IMG/VR virus record: IMGVR_UViG_3300022591_000002
Reading direction: 5' to 3' (one strand)
Origin: a virus
Taxonomy: Duplodnaviria > Caudoviricetes
Length of the DNA stretch: 64,000 nt
The position numbers and the translations under genes are program-made. The notes under the pieces are model-generated. The model was not told the DNA's origin and made no database searches. It saw only the letters and a list, made by a program, of their open reading frames with translations. Position 1 is the first letter of the stretch. Each line of letters opens with the position of its first letter. Of this stretch, positions 63,097 to 64,000 are shown one piece after another.

Positions 63097-63360
63097 ATGG
63101 TCTTATCTGAAATCCCTTGGATAGAAATCAACGGACTAGGGTTTTATCAAGAAGTTGTTGATGGAGACCCTAGAGATCCACGCTGTTGGTTGTATATTAG
63201 AGGACCCAAGGGCACAGTCCGTGCTTGGGATATCGGCTACATTACTCCAGGCTACTATGAAGAGCGTCCCGGCTATCTATGGGGATTATACGAACTTATC
63301 TTAACCACCATAGACGGGCACTATCACTGTTGCTTGTCTGGTAAAGTTTGGAATCTCTGA
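63097..63360 (+). CDS. Hypothetical protein (doubtful)
   Basis: The first ATG of the ORF is at 63097. I found no competing long ORF on the minus strand and no clear SD. Confidence 0.3.
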   Translation: MVLSEIPWIEINGLGFYQEVVDGDPRDPRCWLYIRGPKGTVRAWDIGYITPGYYEERPGYLWGLYELILTTIDGHYHCCLSGKVWNL

Positions 63361-63551
63361 AGATCACGTTGCTGGTACCACGCTAGCCAAGGACTCACGT
63401 GAGCAAACGCCATAACGAACCACATGGCGGGCATTTCCCAAGTGGTAAACCCACATACACTAGAGCCACCCATTAACACACTATACACTCCGCCCAAGAA
63501 GAACAAGGGTGCCGGTGATAGGCTAAAAAATAAATTAACTCGTCTACGCAT
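63324..63551 (-). CDS. Small two-helix membrane protein
   Basis: Two hydrophobic segments (SPAPLFFLGGVYSVL and MPAMWFVMAFAHVSPW), overlapping the oxygenase stop. Confidence 0.5.
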   Translation of the reverse strand: MRRRVNLFFSLSPAPLFFLGGVYSVLMGGSSVCGFTTWEMPAMWFVMAFAHVSPWLAWYQQRDLQRFQTLPDKQQ

Positions 63552-63999
63552 TGTGTAACCTCACTGGTGGCATGCCCAAACCCGGTCTAAGATCGTAGGC
63601 ATCACTAGCATACGGACCGTTACGATCAACCCAATGTAGAGTCATGATCAAACAACTGGTGCCCTCAAAGGGTTCACGCCAATGTTCTACTTCTCCGCCC
63701 TTGTAGGTGTAAGCATCACCGGGTGCTAGTGTAACTGCTTGGCCCGCCATATAGATGGGCCACGCTGTGGGTTCACAGTGGATCATGACTGTTGCAGAGT
63801 ATTCACAGCTAGGTCTATCACGATGCGGTTTAAGTTCAGCACCAGACCAGTGATAACGAGCGTAGCTGTAACTAGGCACTAGATCACAGGCCCATACTGT
63901 ACTAAAACGTGGAGTCAGTAGTGCCAACATGGCTTCTGTTATGTGATTACCATATGAGTCCCAACAGTTGTTGACCATAGTGGGATCAGGCGAGTAATG
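63544..63999 (-). CDS. 2OG-Fe(II) oxygenase, 5'-truncated by the window edge
   Basis: LVPSYSYAR.H..GAELKPHRDRPSCEYSAT (HxD), GGEVEHWREPF and LHWV. The frame stays open past 63978 to the window end. Confidence 0.85.
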   Translation of the reverse strand, partial: HYSPDPTMVNNCWDSYGNHITEAMLALLTPRFSTVWACDLVPSYSYARYHWSGAELKPHRDRPSCEYSATVMIHCEPTAWPIYMAGQAVTLAPGDAYTYKGGEVEHWREPFEGTSCLIMTLHWVDRNGPYASDAYDLRPGLGMPPVRLHNA

Positions 64000-64000
64000 A

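Noticed and set aside
1-64000. Stop-codon reassignment (seen in some large phages)
   Set aside because: Standard-code ORFs tile the window almost without gaps, including a 13.5-kb ORF, and conserved genes are not interrupted.

Overview
This is a 64 kb, AT-rich, gene-dense slice of a large T4-like (myovirus-type, probably jumbo) phage genome. It has no rRNA, tRNA, CRISPR array, integrase or reverse transcriptase that I could see. Bases 1-25.6 kb hold very large repeat-built fibre/adhesin genes (a 5'-truncated one, then 2181 aa, 4514 aa and 886 aa, the last with an S74 chaperone). Bases 25.6-30 kb hold a cassette of a propeller-like protein, a flavin-dependent halogenase homologue, two unknowns and a 2OG-Fe(II) oxygenase. 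Bases 30-47.5 kb hold neck, tail and packaging genes (gp15/14/13-like, sheath, tube, gp4 nuclease, small and large terminase) plus a dNMP kinase, a Nudix hydrolase and putative internal head proteins. Bases 47.6-59.7 kb hold a T4-like replication/recombination module (gp32, UvsX, UvsY, UvsW, gp62-like, primase, helicase), which includes a ~190-aa minimal DnaE (Pol III alpha) catalytic core. Bases 59.7-64 kb hold accessory genes (YqgE/AlgH, Pol-beta-type nucleotidyltransferase, GT9-like glycosyltransferase, 2OG oxygenase). Two promoter classes are visible. Three near-consensus sigma70 promoters precede replication/nucleotide genes, and a TAAATA late motif precedes structural genes, often only 4-7 nt before the ATG (probably leaderless mRNAs) and in back-to-back divergent pairs. 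All functional calls come from motifs recognised by eye; no database searches were run. Portal, major capsid protein and a family B polymerase are not in this window.
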